A stretch of 63,108 bases of DNA, the filler included, from Octopus bimaculoides (taxonomy: Eukaryota): assembly GCF_001194135.2 (NCBI RefSeq). It is 8 parts of 7 records of this genome, joined end to end, with 100 filler letters (N's around TTAATTAATTAA, not from the genome) between each part and the next. Parts side by side here need not be neighbours in the genome. Positions count along the whole stretch, not along the records: positions 61,508 to 63,108 come from NC_069006.1; 7 more parts are not named here. One strand, given 5' to 3'. The stretch's first letter is position 1, and every line of letters begins with the position of its first letter. The position numbers were made by a program, and so were the translations under genes. The notes under the pieces were generated by a model. It was given only the letters and a program-made list of their open reading frames with translations. It did no database searches and was not told where the DNA came from. Shown here piece by piece: positions 62,255 through 63,108 of this stretch.

Positions 62255-63108
62255 TGCTGTTAGTGCTCCACTGGCACAGGTGCCAGTCATCGAATATGGT
62301 TCAATTACGATTTCGATTTCACTTGTCTCAACACGTCTTCGCAAGCAGAGTCTAGTGTCCAATGAAGGAGAGGTTGGCATGGGTGCCAGTTGTCAGATTC
62401 GGTTCGATTTCAATTTCAGATTTCAAATGTCAAATTCCAAATTCACTTGCCTCAACAGGTCTTTGCAAGCAGGGTTTCTAGTGCCCAATGAAGTAAAGAT
62501 ACGAATTAGTGAACTGGCTACACTTCTGGTAGAGGTCACAGATTATGCTCTCACTTGCCTTGCCAGGTCTTCTCACGTACTGCATATTTCCAAAGGTCCC
62601 GGTCACTGGTCATTGCCTCAGTGAGGCCTAAAGTTCGGAGGTCATGCTTCACCACCTCATCCCAGGTCTTCCTGGGTCTACCTCTTCCACAGGTTCCCTC
62701 AACTGCTAGGGTGTGGCACTTTTTTACACAGCTATCCTCATCCATTCCTGCCACATATCCATACTAGCGTATTTGTCTCTCTTGCACACCACAACTGATG
62801 CTTCTTAGGTTCAACTTTTTTCTCAAGGTACTTACACTCTATCAAGTATGCACACTGACATTACACATCCATCGGAGCATACTGGCTTCGTTTCTTGCGA
62901 GCTTACGCATGTCCTCAGCAGTCACGGCCCATCTTTCACTGCCATGTAGCATGGCTGTTCGTACACATGCGTCATACAGTCTGCCTTTTACTCTGAGTGA
63001 GAGGCCCTTTGTCACCAGCAGAGGTAAGAGCTCTCTGAACTTTGCCCAGGCTATTCTTATTCTAGCAGCTACACTTTCAGTGCACCCTCCCCTGCTACAA
63101 ACTTGGTC
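62255..63108 (-). mobile_element. RTE-clade LINE, RT C-terminus + 3' UTR, running off the window end
   Basis: RIRIAWAKFRELLPLL...KGRLYDACVRTAMLHGSE.W...ARNEASMLRWMC...GRGRPRKTWDEVVKHDL...DRDLW; UTR with an internal ~110-bp duplication. Confidence 0.92.

Noticed and set aside
62880-62930. Hammerhead-like CTGAGGA...TGCG/CGCA...GAAAC..GTA on the minus strand
   Set aside because: It lies inside RTE coding sequence (TAEDMRKLARNEAS), and stem I cannot form.

Overview
Repeat-dense, AT-rich animal genomic DNA. The SINE and LINE families and the microsatellite load resemble an octopus (coleoid cephalopod) draft assembly; this is recognition from memory, not a database result. The window is not one locus. 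Seven identical 100-bp artificial spacers (44 N + TTAATTAATTAA + 44 N) join eight unrelated scaffolds: 1-18333, 18434-32537, 32638-52018, 52119-53541, 53642-57844, 57945-60298, 60399-61407 and 61508-63108. Almost all ORFs in the track are microsatellite artefacts. The only host gene I can support is a coding exon of a class A GPCR (TM1-TM4, 57155-57611, +) with unusual D2.50Q and R3.50L substitutions and a probable GC splice donor. The rest is a transposon fossil record: a near full-length mellifera-type mariner, a DD37D (maT) remnant, hAT MITEs, a solo LTR, CR1, RTE and L1/Tx1 fragments, several R4/Dong-type restriction-like-endonuclease LINE ends next to (TAA)n tracts, a Penelope GIY-YIG fragment with an inverted terminal repeat, and at least four SINE families. 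The most notable signals are (1) a near-complete type I hammerhead ribozyme fold on the minus strand at 55560-55622, plus two decayed hammerhead-like motifs in Penelope-type termini, and (2) a recurring association between (TAA)n tracts, head-to-tail SINE arrays and Dong-like LINEs.
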